From an uncultured Gammaproteobacteria bacterium (GTDB taxonomy: Bacteria; Pseudomonadota; Gammaproteobacteria; UBA9214): a stretch of 64,000 nt of DNA. The stretch covers positions 1 to 64,000 of the forward strand of contig CAVVHS010000007.1 of assembly GCA_963748215.1 (NCBI GenBank). The letters run 5' to 3'. The translations under genes and the position numbers were made by a program. The notes below the pieces were generated by a model. It had not been told where the DNA came from, did not search any database, and was given only the letters and a program-made list of their open reading frames with translations. Positions 29,506-40,128 of this stretch are shown one piece after another. Numbering within the stretch: the first letter of the stretch is position 1; each line of letters begins with the position of its first letter.

Positions 29506-31209
29506 CTAGGGAACGGCGCTGTCGATCATCAGTTCCAGGCTTGCCGATGCGCCGGTGCTCACCGGTGATTTGCTGCCCTGCAAGTCGCCACTCTGCGGCA
29601 TGGCATTGCCCGACCGCGAAATTCGCGCGCCGATACTGACCGGATCAAACCCGGACAGCACCATGGCCGGTGACATGGCCAGCGAATCGTCCAGTGTCAC
29701 GGTGACCGGCAGATCCTTTACCTGTTTGCGCACGATGGCCAGCGGCATGCGCGGGCCGTTGACTGCGCGCGCGAAGATGAACACCGTGTCGTCCGGATCG
29801 GTGCGCTCGCGCAGCGCCGGGTCCAGCGACACCGTCACCTGCAGTGCGTTGCCGGTTGGCGCGGCAACCGGCGCTGCGGCGCCAGCGGCGGCCTGAGCGA
29901 CCTGTTTTGGCGGCGACGCGCTGCCGTTTGCGGCAGTGTCTGTTATGTCGCTATCGATCACGATATCCACGCTGGCTGTTGCAGCCGGACTGACCGGTGA
30001 TGTGCTGCCCTGCAGGTCGCCACGCTGCGGCATGGCATTTCCCGATTTCGAGATTCGAGCGCCGACGCTGACCGGATCAAATCCGGACAGCACCATGGCC
30101 GGTGACATGGCCAGCGAATCGTCCAGTGTCACGGTGACCGGCAGATCCTTTACCTGCTTGCGCACGATGGCCAGCGGCATGCGCGGGCCGTTGACTGCGC
30201 GCGCGAAGATGAACACCGTGTCGTCCGGATCGGTGCGCTCGCGCAGCGCCGGGTCCAGCGACACCGTTACCTGCAGGGGAGTGCCGCCGCTGGCGGCGGG
30301 GGACGTTGCAGTTTCGTTTGCCTGGGCGACCTGTACCGGTTGAGTGGCGCCGGCCGGCAGTCCGGCACGCTGGCGGACCCGTTCAATCTGGTCGGTGATG
30401 ATCTGCCAGTCCTCGCTTTGTGGCTGCATCTGGCTGGCGGCCTGTTCCCAGTAGCCGATGGCGCCGGCGGCGTCGCCGGACTGGTTCTTCCAGTGTCCCG
30501 CGAGCCAGAGCGCCTTGAGATTATCCGGTTCCAGCGCCAGTGCCCGGGTCAGCACCTTGCCGGCCTCGTCGGTGAAGCGGCCATCGTTGCTGGACGCCAG
30601 GGCATCGGCAAAGTCCGCCAGTACGGCCGCGTTGTCGCCACCGCCGAGGCGTATGATGTTGCGATAGGCGGGCAGCGCCTCGTTAAAGCGGTTCGTCACG
30701 CTGTAGCTTTTTGCCAGCATGAGCCAGCCCTTGAGATCATCCGGATTGCTGGCCATGCGTGTGGCGAGCTTGCTGACCATTTCCTCGACCGACATTTGCG
30801 GTGCCTGCGCCTGTTCCCGGCGGGCCGCCGGCGGGAGTTGCTGCAGCAGCGCGATGATCTGCTCGGAGCCGATTTCCTTGTAAAGCAGGGTGGCGCCCAC
30901 CGGCACGGCAATGGCGATAAGCAATGCCGCCCAGCTGCCGCTGCGCACGGGTTTGCCGGTGTCGCGCTCGCCGGCGAGGTCATAGAGCAGTTCCCGTTCC
31001 AGGTCCGCCCGTGCGGCATTGTACTGGGCCTGCTCGAGCCGGCCGGATTCCAGGTCCATGTCGAGTTCCGCCAGACGCGCGCGGGCAACTTCTGCATTGA
31101 GTGTGTCCCGGTCAACCGTCCGCATGGGGCGATTGCGCAACAGCGGTGTCACCACGAAAAGCAATGCCAGCAGCGACATCACGGCTGCAAGACTCCAGAA
31201 TACCGTCAT
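29506..31209 (-). CDS. ccmI: Cytochrome c biogenesis protein CcmI/CycH with duplicated C-terminal domain
   Basis: Starts MTVFWSL; two TMs, TPR region, two copies of LQVTVSLDP...VFIFARA...PRMPLA...ARIS.SG.A. Confidence 0.9.
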   Translation of the reverse strand: MTVFWSLAAVMSLLALLFVVTPLLRNRPMRTVDRDTLNAEVARARLAELDMDLESGRLEQAQYNAARADLERELLYDLAGERDTGKPVRSGSWAALLIAIAVPVGATLLYKEIGSEQIIALLQQLPPAARREQAQAPQMSVEEMVSKLATRMASNPDDLKGWLMLAKSYSVTNRFNEALPAYRNIIRLGGGDNAAVLADFADALASSNDGRFTDEAGKVLTRALALEPDNLKALWLAGHWKNQSGDAAGAIGYWEQAASQMQPQSEDWQIITDQIERVRQRAGLPAGATQPVQVAQANETATSPAASGGTPLQVTVSLDPALRERTDPDDTVFIFARAVNGPRMPLAIVRKQVKDLPVTVTLDDSLAMSPAMVLSGFDPVSVGARISKSGNAMPQRGDLQGSTSPVSPAATASVDIVIDSDITDTAANGSASPPKQVAQAAAGAAAPVAAPTGNALQVTVSLDPALRERTDPDDTVFIFARAVNGPRMPLAIVRKQVKDLPVTVTLDDSLAMSPAMVLSGFDPVSIGARISRSGNAMPQSGDLQGSKSPVSTGASASLELMIDSAVP

Positions 31210-31694
31210 GACCGCGGCTCCTCGCCCGACTCGTTGTTGTGCAGTGCCTGTTCGAGACGCTCGCGCTCCGCATTGCTGATATCCTGCTGCGGTGCCTGCT
31301 GCTGGCGCCGCAGTGAACGCAGCAGCAGCATTGCCGCGAACAGCAGCAGGACGAACGGTCCGAACCAGATCAGCCAGGTGGAAGGCTTGACCGGCGGGCT
31401 GTAGAGCACGAAATCGCCGTAGCGCGCGACCAGGAACTCGACAATCTGTTCGTCGCTCCTGCCTGCCTGCAGCATGTCGTAGACCTCGGCGCGCAGGTCG
31501 TGGGCGAGTTCCGCGTCGGAATCGGCCAGCGACTGGTTCTGGCATACCAGGCAGCGCAGTTCCGAGATCAGATCCTTGAAGTGCAGTTCCTGCTCGGTGC
31601 TGGCGAACTTGAACGACTCCAGCGTGGCCGTGGCCTGCAACGGGCCACTGCACAGCAGCAGGCCAAGCGCCAGTGCGGCGATGATTCTGTACAT
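31206..31694 (-). CDS. ccmH: Cytochrome c biogenesis protein CcmH (CcmL)
   Basis: LRCLVCQNQSLADS, RYGDFVLY. Confidence 0.95.
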   Translation of the reverse strand: MYRIIAALALGLLLCSGPLQATATLESFKFASTEQELHFKDLISELRCLVCQNQSLADSDAELAHDLRAEVYDMLQAGRSDEQIVEFLVARYGDFVLYSPPVKPSTWLIWFGPFVLLLFAAMLLLRSLRRQQQAPQQDISNAERERLEQALHNNESGEEPRS

Positions 31695-32233
31695 TATTCC
31701 GTGGCTTCCAGTTTGGCGATCAGGGGCAGTATTTCGGTGGTGAGCACCTGGCGGGTGAGTGGCCCGATGTGCTTGTGGCGGATAATACCCTGCTTGTCCA
31801 TGACAAAGGTTTCCGGTGCGCCGTAGACGCCCCAGTCCATGCCCGCGCGGCCATCGGCATCGAAGGCATTGGCAACGTAGGGGTTACCGAGCTGCATCAG
31901 CCAGCGCTGCGCATCCGCGCGGTTGTCCTTGTAGTTCAGGCCGTAGATGGCGACCTTGTTGGCACGCGCAAACTCCAGCAGTGTTCCGTGCTCCGCACGG
32001 CACGACGTACACCAGGTGGCCCAGATGTTCAGCACGCTGACCTTGCCCTTGAGATCGGTATCGCTGATGGTTGCGCCGGCATCGTCGAGACGCGGCAGCG
32101 TAAATGCCGGCATGGGCTTGCCGATCAGCGGCGAGGGTACGATCTTGGGATCGAGACTGAGGCCGCGATACAGCAGACCGGCGAGCAGCAGGAACAATGC
32201 CAGCGGGACCAGGTAGCGCAGATAGCGTGTCAT
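31694..32233 (-). CDS. ccmG: Thiol:disulfide interchange protein CcmG/DsbE
   Basis: SPLIGKP, WATWCTSC, GVYGAPETF. Confidence 0.95.
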   Translation of the reverse strand: MTRYLRYLVPLALFLLLAGLLYRGLSLDPKIVPSPLIGKPMPAFTLPRLDDAGATISDTDLKGKVSVLNIWATWCTSCRAEHGTLLEFARANKVAIYGLNYKDNRADAQRWLMQLGNPYVANAFDADGRAGMDWGVYGAPETFVMDKQGIIRHKHIGPLTRQVLTTEILPLIAKLEATE

Positions 32234-34237
32234 CAGTTGTGTGCTTCCTGTGTCTTGCGGGCTGCCCGGGCGGGCTGCACGGCCTGCTGCCTGAACGGGA
32301 GTCGGTAGCGCCGGTCGAGGGCGGCGAACAGGCCACCAATGGCGATCATCAGGCCGCCGAGCCAGATCCAGCGCACGTAGGGCTTGTAGTAGAGACGCAG
32401 GCTCCAGTCGCCACCACTACCCAGGCCTTCACCCAGCGATACGTAGATGTCGCGCATCAGGCCGGCGTTGATGCCGGCCTCGGTCATCGGCTTGGTCTGC
32501 ACTGTGTAGGTGCGTTTTTCGGGCGTGAGTGTTGTCACTTCCTTGCCTTCACGGGAGACCGCGATGCTGCCCTGGTCGGCCCGGTAGTTCGGGCCCTGCA
32601 CGGTACGCACGCCATCGAAGCGGAAGGTGTAGCCGGCCATGTCGATGGACTGGCCCGGCGACATACGGACATCCTGCTCGACATCGAACTGGGTGACGAA
32701 GGTGACACCGATAATGAACACGGCGACGCCTAGGTGGGCGAGAACCATGCCGAAATAACTGCCGTTGCCGCGCGCCATGGGATTTTTCAGCAAGGCCTGC
32801 AGGCTGGCGCGGCTGCGGTAGCGCTGGCGCAGGCTGAGCACCAGCGACGAGACCAGCCAGGTCGAGAGCATGACCGCCATGCCGGCCCAGGCCGAGAAAT
32901 CGTGCAGGATCGGCAGCGCCACCAGCAGGCCGGCGGCAACGCTGACCAGTATCGCCACGCGGAAGGTGCGCAGCAGCTCGGCAGGGGTCGTGGTGTTTCC
33001 AGCGCGTCAGCGGACCCAGTCCCATCAGGAAGATCATGAGCGGCGTGAAGATCGTGAACATGGTGGTGAACCAGGGAAAGCCGACCGAGATCTTGCCCCA
33101 GCCGAAGGCGTCGTAGATGAGCGGGGCGAGGGTGCCGAGCAGGATGAAGGCCGTGATCACCACCAGCAGCAGGTTGTTGCCCAGCAGCATGGTTTCCCGC
33201 GACAGCATCGAGAAGCGTCCACCGCTGGTGACGTCCGGCGCACGCCAGGCATACAGGGCGAGCGAACCGCCGATGACGATGCACAGGAACACCAGAATGA
33301 ACAGGCCGCGCGCCGGGTCGGCGGCGAATGAGTGCACCGAGGTCAGCACGCCGGAGCGGACCAGGAAGGTGCCCAGCAGACTCAGCGAAAAGGCCAGCAG
33401 TGACAGCAGTACGGTCCAGCGCTTGAAGGCGCCGCGTTTTTCGGTCACCGCCAGCGAGTGGATCAGCGCGGTGGCGGCCAGCCAGGGCATGAAGGAGGCG
33501 TTCTCGACCGGGTCCCAGAACCACCAGCCGCCCCAGCCGAGTTCGTAGTAGGCCCACCAGCTGCCGAGCGTGATACCGATGGTCAGGAACACCCAGGCGA
33601 CGGTGGTCCAGGGCCGCGACCAGCGCGCCCAGGTGGCGTCCAGCTTGCCGCCGATCAGTGCGGCGATGGCGAAACTGAAGGCGACCGACATGCCGACGTA
33701 GCCCATGTACAGCATGGGCGGATGGATGGCCAGGCCAAAGTCCTGCAGCAGCGGATTGAGATCGCCGCCCTCGAGCGGCACCGGGAACACACGCTCGAAC
33801 GGATTGGAGGTAAACAGCAGGAAGGACAGGAAGCCGATGCTGATCATGCCCATGACGGACAGCACGCGTGCCAGCACCTCGGCGGGCAGGTTGCGCGACA
33901 GCGAGGCAACCGCGACCGTCCAGCCGCAGAGTATCAATGCCCACAGCAGCAGCGAGCCCTCGTGCGCGCCCCACACGGCGGAGACCTTGTACACCGTCGG
34001 CAGCAGGCTGTTGCCGTGCTGTGCGACATAGGCAACCGAGAAATCGTTAACCAGGAAGGCGTTGACCAGGCAGGCGAAGGCGATGGCGGTGAACGTGAAC
34101 TGGCCCCAGGCGGCCGGTTTCGCCATGGCGACCCAGCGCGGCGTGTTGGTCAGGGTGCCGACCATGGGGAAGACGGCCAGTATCAGGGACAGGCACAGTG
34201 CCAGGATAAGTGCGAAATGGCCGAGTTCTGGGATCAT
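32233..34237 (-). CDS. ccmF: Heme lyase CcmF (apparent frameshift near 32990)
   Basis: [10 protein letters not shown] start, [14 protein letters not shown]; reading continues in another frame after WKH ([13 protein letters not shown]...LAHLGVAV...KPYVRWIW); span is 3n+1. Confidence 0.9.
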
Positions 34238-34705
34238 GGTGTCACCGTCCTCTGCGGCTGCAGCCTTACCGCCGCCTTCCTCGTGCGCGGTCTTCAGCGC
34301 ATCGGCGACCTCGGGCGGCATGTAGTTCTCGTCGTGCTTGGCCAGCACCTCGTCGGCGACGAACAGCCGTCCGCGCCGCAGGCGGCCGTGCGCCACGATG
34401 CCCTGGCCCTCGCGGAACAGGTCGGGCAGGATGCCGGTGTATTGCACGGTGATGGTTTCGGCGTTGTCGGTGATGTCGAAGTTGACGGTCAGTCCGTCGG
34501 ACTGGCGCTTCACGCTGCCGGTGGTGACCAGGCCGCCGACGCGGATCAGGTGATCGGCCGGCGCCTCGCCCGCGGCCACCTTGCTGGGCGTGTAGAAGAA
34601 CATCAGGTTTTCATTGAAGGCCTTGAGGGCGAAGCCGGCGGCGACGCCGACGCCGGCGACCATCAGGCCGATGAGCAACAGGCGTTGTTTGCGCTTGGGT
34701 GTCAT
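34234..34705 (-). CDS. ccmE: Heme chaperone CcmE (runs in-frame into ccmF as assembled)
   Basis: [26 protein letters not shown]; an out-of-frame TGA at 34234-34236 overlaps the ccmF ATG. Confidence 0.9.
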
Positions 34706-34872
34706 GTCTCTCTCCGCGCGCGCCTGGCGGCGCGTGCAATGTTGGTCAGCAGTTTCCTGCGCTGGCGCAGTGGCAGCACGATGTTGACCAGCAGGATCAG
34801 CAGCGCGATGCCGTAGGATGTCCAGACGTAGAAGGCATAGCCACCCATGTGCAGGAATTCATTCAGATTCAT
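34702..34872 (-). CDS. ccmD: Heme exporter protein CcmD
   Basis: [21 protein letters not shown]. Confidence 0.93.
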   Translation of the reverse strand: MNLNEFLHMGGYAFYVWTSYGIALLILLVNIVLPLRQRRKLLTNIARAARRARRET

Positions 34873-35609
34873 TTCGCCTCCACAAGTTCCCTGACCCAGC
34901 CGGTATTGCGTTCGCGCTCCAGTACCTCGCAGCGGGCGCGCATCAGCACCACGAAGGCGTAGTACAGCTTGAACGCCAGCGCCATCAGCAGCAGCGGGAT
35001 GAGCATACTGATATGGATCGAGGGTTTGTCGAACTTGGTCACAGTCGGGCCCTGGTGCAGGGTATTCCACCATTCCACCGAGTAGTGAATGATCGGAATG
35101 TTGACGACGCCGACCAGTGCCAGGATGGCCACGGCGCGCGCCGCGGTGCGCTTGTCCTCGATGGCGCCGTACAGGGCAATTACGCCCAGGTAGAGGAACA
35201 GCAGGATCAGTTCCGAGGTCAGGCGCGCGTCCCACACCCACCAGGTGCCCCACATCGGCTTGCCCCAGATGGAGCCGGTCACCAGGGCGAGGAAGGTGAA
35301 CCAGGCGCCGATCGGCGCGCTGCTGATGGCGATCACCTCGGCCAGCTTCATGCGCCAGATCAGGCCGATGGCGCCGGCGCCGGCCATGACGACATAGATG
35401 AACATCGACATCCAGGCCGCCGGGACATGGATGAACATGATGCGGTAGCTCTCGCCCTGCTGGTAGTCGGGCGGCGCCACGACCAGGCCGTAATACAGCC
35501 CGGCCAGGAACAGAAGCAGGGCGGCGCCGGCCAGCCACGGGATCCAGGCACCTGCGATGCGGTAGAAGTGTTTGGGCGAGGCCAGCTTGTGAAAGAAATT
35601 ATTAAACAT
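34869..35609 (-). CDS. ccmC: Heme exporter protein CcmC
   Basis: IHVPAAW, WGKPMWGTWWVWDARLTS, WWNTLHQ. Confidence 0.96.
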   Translation of the reverse strand: MFNNFFHKLASPKHFYRIAGAWIPWLAGAALLLFLAGLYYGLVVAPPDYQQGESYRIMFIHVPAAWMSMFIYVVMAGAGAIGLIWRMKLAEVIAISSAPIGAWFTFLALVTGSIWGKPMWGTWWVWDARLTSELILLFLYLGVIALYGAIEDKRTAARAVAILALVGVVNIPIIHYSVEWWNTLHQGPTVTKFDKPSIHISMLIPLLLMALAFKLYYAFVVLMRARCEVLERERNTGWVRELVEAK

Positions 35610-35610
35610 G

Positions 35611-36294
35611 TCAACTCAGGCTGATGCGTAACGCCGCCGCCGTGGCAAACGGCGACAGGCTCAGGGCCAGTACCAGCAACGCCGCAATCAGCGACAGGTG
35701 GGCGGTGACCGGGAGTCCGGTCGCCGCGGTATCGACGGCGCTGGAGGCGAAGATCAGTAACGGTACATACAAGGGTAGCACGAGTAGCGAGAGGATCATC
35801 CCTCCCTTGCGCAAGCCCACGGTCAGGGCCACGCCCACCGCGCCGATCAGGCTCAGTACCGGGGTGCCCAGCAGCAGGGTGATGAACAGGATCTTGATGC
35901 CCGCGGCCGGCAGTCCGAGAAACACTCCGAGCAGTGGGGAAATGAGCAGCAGCGGCAGCCCGGTGATCAGCCAGTGCGCCAGCACCTTGGCCAGCACCAG
36001 CAGCGACACCGGGTGTGAACTCAGCAGGTACTGTTCCAGCGTGCCGTCCTCGAAATCGGAACGGAACACGCCCTCCAGCGACAGCAGTGCCGCCAGCAGC
36101 GCCGCTACCCAGATCACGCCCGGGCCGACGGCCTGCAGCAGGTTGGGGTTGGCGCCGATGCCGAGCGGAAACAGGCTGGTAACCAGGATGAAGAACAGCA
36201 GCGGGTTGACCATCTCCGCGCGATGCCGCATGGCCAGGATGAGATCGCGCCGGATCAGCAGGGTAAAGGCACGTGTCAGCGAGTGGCGGTTCAT
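35611..36294 (-). CDS. ccmB: Heme exporter protein CcmB
   Basis: LFPLGIG, DFEDGTLEQ, KVLAHW, PLYVPLLIF. Confidence 0.95.
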   Translation of the reverse strand: MNRHSLTRAFTLLIRRDLILAMRHRAEMVNPLLFFILVTSLFPLGIGANPNLLQAVGPGVIWVAALLAALLSLEGVFRSDFEDGTLEQYLLSSHPVSLLVLAKVLAHWLITGLPLLLISPLLGVFLGLPAAGIKILFITLLLGTPVLSLIGAVGVALTVGLRKGGMILSLLVLPLYVPLLIFASSAVDTAATGLPVTAHLSLIAALLVLALSLSPFATAAALRISLS

Positions 36295-36929
36295 GCGGAC
36301 AGGTTGATGCGGTGCACCGTCGCGCGATGCAGGTTGACGGCGTGATGGGAGGTGACGGCCAGCATGCCGCCACGCTGCGTGTGCGCATCGAGCAGCTCCT
36401 CGATGACCTGGATGCCGTGCACGTCCAGCGAGGTGAACGGCTCGTCCAGTATCCACAGCGTGGCGTCGGTGACCAGCAGCCGTGCCAGCGCCAGGCGGCG
36501 TTGCTGGCCGGCGGACAGGTTGCGCGTCGGGACATCCTCGAAACCGGACAGGTCGACCCGCGCCAGCGCCGCCTCGAGGCTTGTTTCATTGGGCCGGCCC
36601 AGGGCACGCGCCATGGCGAGATTCTCCAGTGGTGTCAGGTCGAGCTTGATGCCGTCGCGGTGACCGACGTAGGCCGTGTGCTGGTAATAGTCTGCACCCA
36701 GTCGCTGGATGTCGGTGCCGCACCAGGCAATCATACCGGCATCCGGCAGGCGGATGCCGCACAGGATGCGCAGCAGCGAGGTCTTGCCGCTGCCGTTACG
36801 GCCCTCCAGCAGCAGCGCCTGGCCGGGTTCGAGCCGGAATTCCAGGTTCCGGAACAGGGTGCGGTCGTCGCGCACACACTCCAGTTCCCGGGCCTCGAGA
36901 ATAAACGGGTTACTGCCGGTATCGGTCAC
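36291..36929 (-). CDS. ccmA: Heme ABC exporter ATP-binding protein CcmA
   Basis: GRNGSGKTSLLR, LSAGQQRR, WILDEPF; GTG start. Confidence 0.95.
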   Translation of the reverse strand: MTDTGSNPFILEARELECVRDDRTLFRNLEFRLEPGQALLLEGRNGSGKTSLLRILCGIRLPDAGMIAWCGTDIQRLGADYYQHTAYVGHRDGIKLDLTPLENLAMARALGRPNETSLEAALARVDLSGFEDVPTRNLSAGQQRRLALARLLVTDATLWILDEPFTSLDVHGIQVIEELLDAHTQRGGMLAVTSHHAVNLHRATVHRINLSA

Positions 36930-37521
36930 GGGTCTTGTGTCTTGTCGGGATTTTTCAGACTGTTGGGGGCGAAATCATACTATTGCCGGTCAGCATTGCA
37001 CCACAACTTATCGCTGCCCTGTGGCACGCCGTTCACAATAATCGCCGCAATGTGGCGAATTGTGGCGCCGACAGCCGTGCGGGACGATGCTGCAGGGTTG
37101 ATGCTCCTGTTGCCGGGCTAAGCAGGTGCGTGTCCGGCACGGGGCCGTTATGCCCGTGCCGCTGGATCCTGCCCGCTTGTCTGCCATCCTGGCGCCGCTA
37201 CATTGCGCCGGATGCCCGTCCGCACGTTGCGGTGCGCCCACCGCCCCGGTTTTTCATGCCCGCCGGCATGCGTGCCTGAAACTGGCTGCTGTCAGGAGAG
37301 ATATCCGGATCAGGGGCGGGCGAATACTGCCACAAGCCACTGTTTATAATGTATAAGTTCTGTACAAACCCTTAACTGCGGGTTCTTACTTAGGTAACAT
37401 GACCTAGATCAATTTGCGACAGTTCTGTCAGTGCTAGATTGTGTCCAGCTGTCTAACCTGACAAAAATGACACTTGCAACAGCTACTGCGGGGGCAGGCT
37501 GTGCGGTGAGGAGAAATAATA

Positions 37522-38898
37522 ATGGACATACATACCAAGCCGTTACCGTTCGAGCTGCAATCGCTGGTCGAGACGCATGCCAAGCCGTTTGTTGTGGTTG
37601 ATTCCGGGTACCGGATACTCGCTGTGAACTCTGCGTATGAAAAGACCTTCGGCATTGCGGCCGCAGACGCTGTTGGCAAATTCTGCCACCAGGTCAGTCA
37701 CAGCAGCGCGGTACCCTGTAGCGAGATCGGTGAGGATTGTCCCCATGCCAGCCTGTACAACAATCGCACGCCGACGTCCTGCCTGCATAACCACTTCGAT
37801 ATCAATAATCGTGCGTGCCAGGTCCGGGTATCCGCCTTTCCCCTGCGCGGCAGCGACGGGGAACTCTACATGGGTGAGTTGGTCGAGGAGCTCAACCCGC
37901 CGGCCGATCGGCGCATGAATGGCAAGCGCATGGTCGGAAAAAGCCGCCCGTTCCTCGCCTGTATCGAACAACTGAAAGTGGCGGCGGCGACCGATGCGCC
38001 GGTGCTGGTGCAGGGCGAGACCGGGACCGGCAAGGAACTGGCGGCCAGACATATACATCTCCACTCCTCGCGCAGAGAACAGCCGTTTCTGACCGTGGAC
38101 TGCACCGTGCTTACGGACACATTGTTCGAGGCGGAGGTGTTCGGCCATGCGCGTGGTGCCTTCACCGGCAGTGTGGGCGAACGCATCGGGCTGTTCGAGC
38201 AGGCCAATGGCGGCACGCTGTTCCTGGACGAGGTCGGCGAGTTGCCGATGTCGCAACAGGCCAAGCTGCTGCGTGCGCTGGAATCCGGACAATTTCGACG
38301 CGTCGGCGGCAGGCACCAGCGTAAAAGTGATGTGCGCATCATCTGCGCGACCAACCGGCATTTGTGGGATGGCGTGAAGGCCAGCCAGTTTCGCGAGGAT
38401 CTGTATTACAGGATTGCATGCATGGCAATCCGTATGCCGCCGCTGCGGGAACGGCTGAACGATATTGATGTCCTCGTGGCAAGCCTGCTGGAGCGGATCA
38501 GCGAGATCATGAAGCGGCATTTCATAGTCGAACCCGAGGCGATTCAGGGGCTGAAGCAACACGATTATCCGGGCAACATACGTGAATTGCGCAATGTCCT
38601 GTTTGTCGCAGCGTCGCGCAGTACCAGGAATGTGATCACCACTGATACGGTAGCCGCGGTGCTCGAAGAACAGCGGCGGGATCGACAGCACGAGCTGCCC
38701 GATACCAGCGGCCCGTCTCGGGCTGCAGGGCATGCGCGGCCCGGCAAGAAAATGACGCCAACACTGAAGGATGTCGAGGCGCAGCATATCGCCGAGCTGT
38801 TGCAGAAGCACAATCACAGCCGCAAGCTGGTCGCCGTGGCGCTGGGTGTCAGCGAGCGCACCCTGTACCGGAAGCTGAAACGTTATGCGCTGAACTGA
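37522..38898 (+). CDS. Sigma-54-dependent Fis-family activator with PAS domain
   Basis: PAS with CHQVSH...C...CPH; GETGTGKE, GAFTGS, LFLDEVGE, FREDLYYR, PGNIREL, Fis HTH. Confidence 0.93.
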   Translation: MDIHTKPLPFELQSLVETHAKPFVVVDSGYRILAVNSAYEKTFGIAAADAVGKFCHQVSHSSAVPCSEIGEDCPHASLYNNRTPTSCLHNHFDINNRACQVRVSAFPLRGSDGELYMGELVEELNPPADRRMNGKRMVGKSRPFLACIEQLKVAAATDAPVLVQGETGTGKELAARHIHLHSSRREQPFLTVDCTVLTDTLFEAEVFGHARGAFTGSVGERIGLFEQANGGTLFLDEVGELPMSQQAKLLRALESGQFRRVGGRHQRKSDVRIICATNRHLWDGVKASQFREDLYYRIACMAIRMPPLRERLNDIDVLVASLLERISEIMKRHFIVEPEAIQGLKQHDYPGNIRELRNVLFVAASRSTRNVITTDTVAAVLEEQRRDRQHELPDTSGPSRAAGHARPGKKMTPTLKDVEAQHIAELLQKHNHSRKLVAVALGVSERTLYRKLKRYALN

Positions 38899-38953
38899 CA
38901 GCAATGACGGTGCCGGGCTGTCAGTATTGTCTAACAAGCCTGTTTCCTGTTGT

Positions 38954-39082
38954 GGCTCTTTCCCAAATCGAGTGAATAGATTACCGTTGTACGGCCGAAT
39001 TCATTCGGCCAACAACCTTGCCATCAGAAGGAATGCGTCTCGTCTAAATTGATGTGTTACCCACTCAATCAGGGGAAGATCC
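38954..39082. mobile_element. MITE family A, short copy in reverse orientation
   Basis: ggctctttcccaaatcgagtg ... ccactcaatcaggggaagatcc; no clean TSD. Confidence 0.8.
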
Positions 39083-39097
39083 CTTGTGCCGTATTCT

Positions 39098-39456
39098 GGA
39101 TGCATACCATCACGGCCGAGGCAAACCCGGTCTAATGACGTGTGCCTGAACTGCCACAGTGACGAATCCGACGACGTGTTCACCCCCAGGGATGAATGGC
39201 CCGGTCACACCATGAAAGGTGTCGTGTCACGCCAGACCATGGACAAGTTGCAGATTGCGCTGCCGGGCAAGGTGTTCAGGACCGGAACTCGCTCAGCACC
39301 AGGTGCCGCAGTTGCCATGGCCACGAGAGGAGCCATGTCCAGTGCAGCGGCCCGAATGGCCGGGAGAGGAAGGACTGCCTGATCGAGGGCCGCGTTGCCG
39401 GGAGTGTCCGGGTCAGTGTGTCGACGTAACTGATCGGCAGCATCTGCGGCTGATAA
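39098..39456 (+). pseudogene. Decayed C-terminal fragment of a paralog of the giant multiheme cytochrome
   Basis: Across frameshifts and stops: WMHTITAEANP, DVCLNCHSDESDD, VSRQTMD, CRSCH, LIEGRV, ICG*; colinear with WMHTYTDEADP, DVCRNCHGDESDE, VSRVAMD, CTTCH, LIQGRV, GCGW of 41692-46977. Confidence 0.85.
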
Positions 39457-39675
39457 GGTCTATGCCCAGCAGTGCAAGGGGTAGGGATTTACTCCGCTTT
39501 ACGCAGCGAGACGAATGCATCGCTGCGACGTCGACGTTCACTGCCAGTATCCTTCTCAACAAGCGTGGCGGTACTTCCGTGGGTGTTGCGGGTCCTGTCC
39601 CTTGCCTTTTTTCACCAGTGACTTCGCGATGCGACGTGGGTGCGCTTTACCCGGCGTGCTGACGACGGGCCTGTG

Positions 39676-40128
39676 TCAGTTGCCGTTGCCAATCGCCGCG
39701 CGCAGTTCTCCGATATTATCCTGCAGGCGCTGCATGGCGAGCTGGTTGCGCTGCTGTACCAGCTGCGGAACGATGGTGATCACCTTCTGTCCGGTCGGCG
39801 TGATGTAGAAGGCATTCATGACCTTCAGTTCATCCTCGCTGAAGGTCTGCATGTACATTCGCGCCAGGTCATCCCTGATCGCATCCCAGCCGATATATTT
39901 TTCCAGAAAGGCCATCAGGACATCCTGCTTGGACGCAAGTCCCGGGTCCTGACGAACCTGAAGCTGCGCGACGGACGCTACGCTTTCGCTGATCTTCTGT
40001 TCCATGTGCGTCAGCTGGAACAGGGTTTCGACCGCCTGGCGGTGGCTGTCGGGTTCAGCCGCCTGCAGGGCCGGGCATGTCAGGGCGGCGGCCAGCAGCA
40101 GGCCGAGGTAGAAAGGGTGTGGTTTCAT
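39676..40128 (-). CDS. DUF2059 domain exported protein
   Basis: Signal peptide; YMQTFSEDELKVMNAFYITPTGQK. Confidence 0.8.
   Translation of the reverse strand: MKPHPFYLGLLLAAALTCPALQAAEPDSHRQAVETLFQLTHMEQKISESVASVAQLQVRQDPGLASKQDVLMAFLEKYIGWDAIRDDLARMYMQTFSEDELKVMNAFYITPTGQKVITIVPQLVQQRNQLAMQRLQDNIGELRAAIGNGN

Noticed and set aside
31210-31653. N-terminal extension making CcmI 715 aa
   Set aside because: Overlaps ccmH in another frame; the real start at 31209 overlaps the ccmH stop.
32549-32985. C-terminal tail of the 718-aa ORF as a novel domain
   Set aside because: Out-of-frame read-through after the ccmF frameshift.
37022-37037. Sigma-54-like tggcacgccgttcaca
   Set aside because: No GC at the -12 position.
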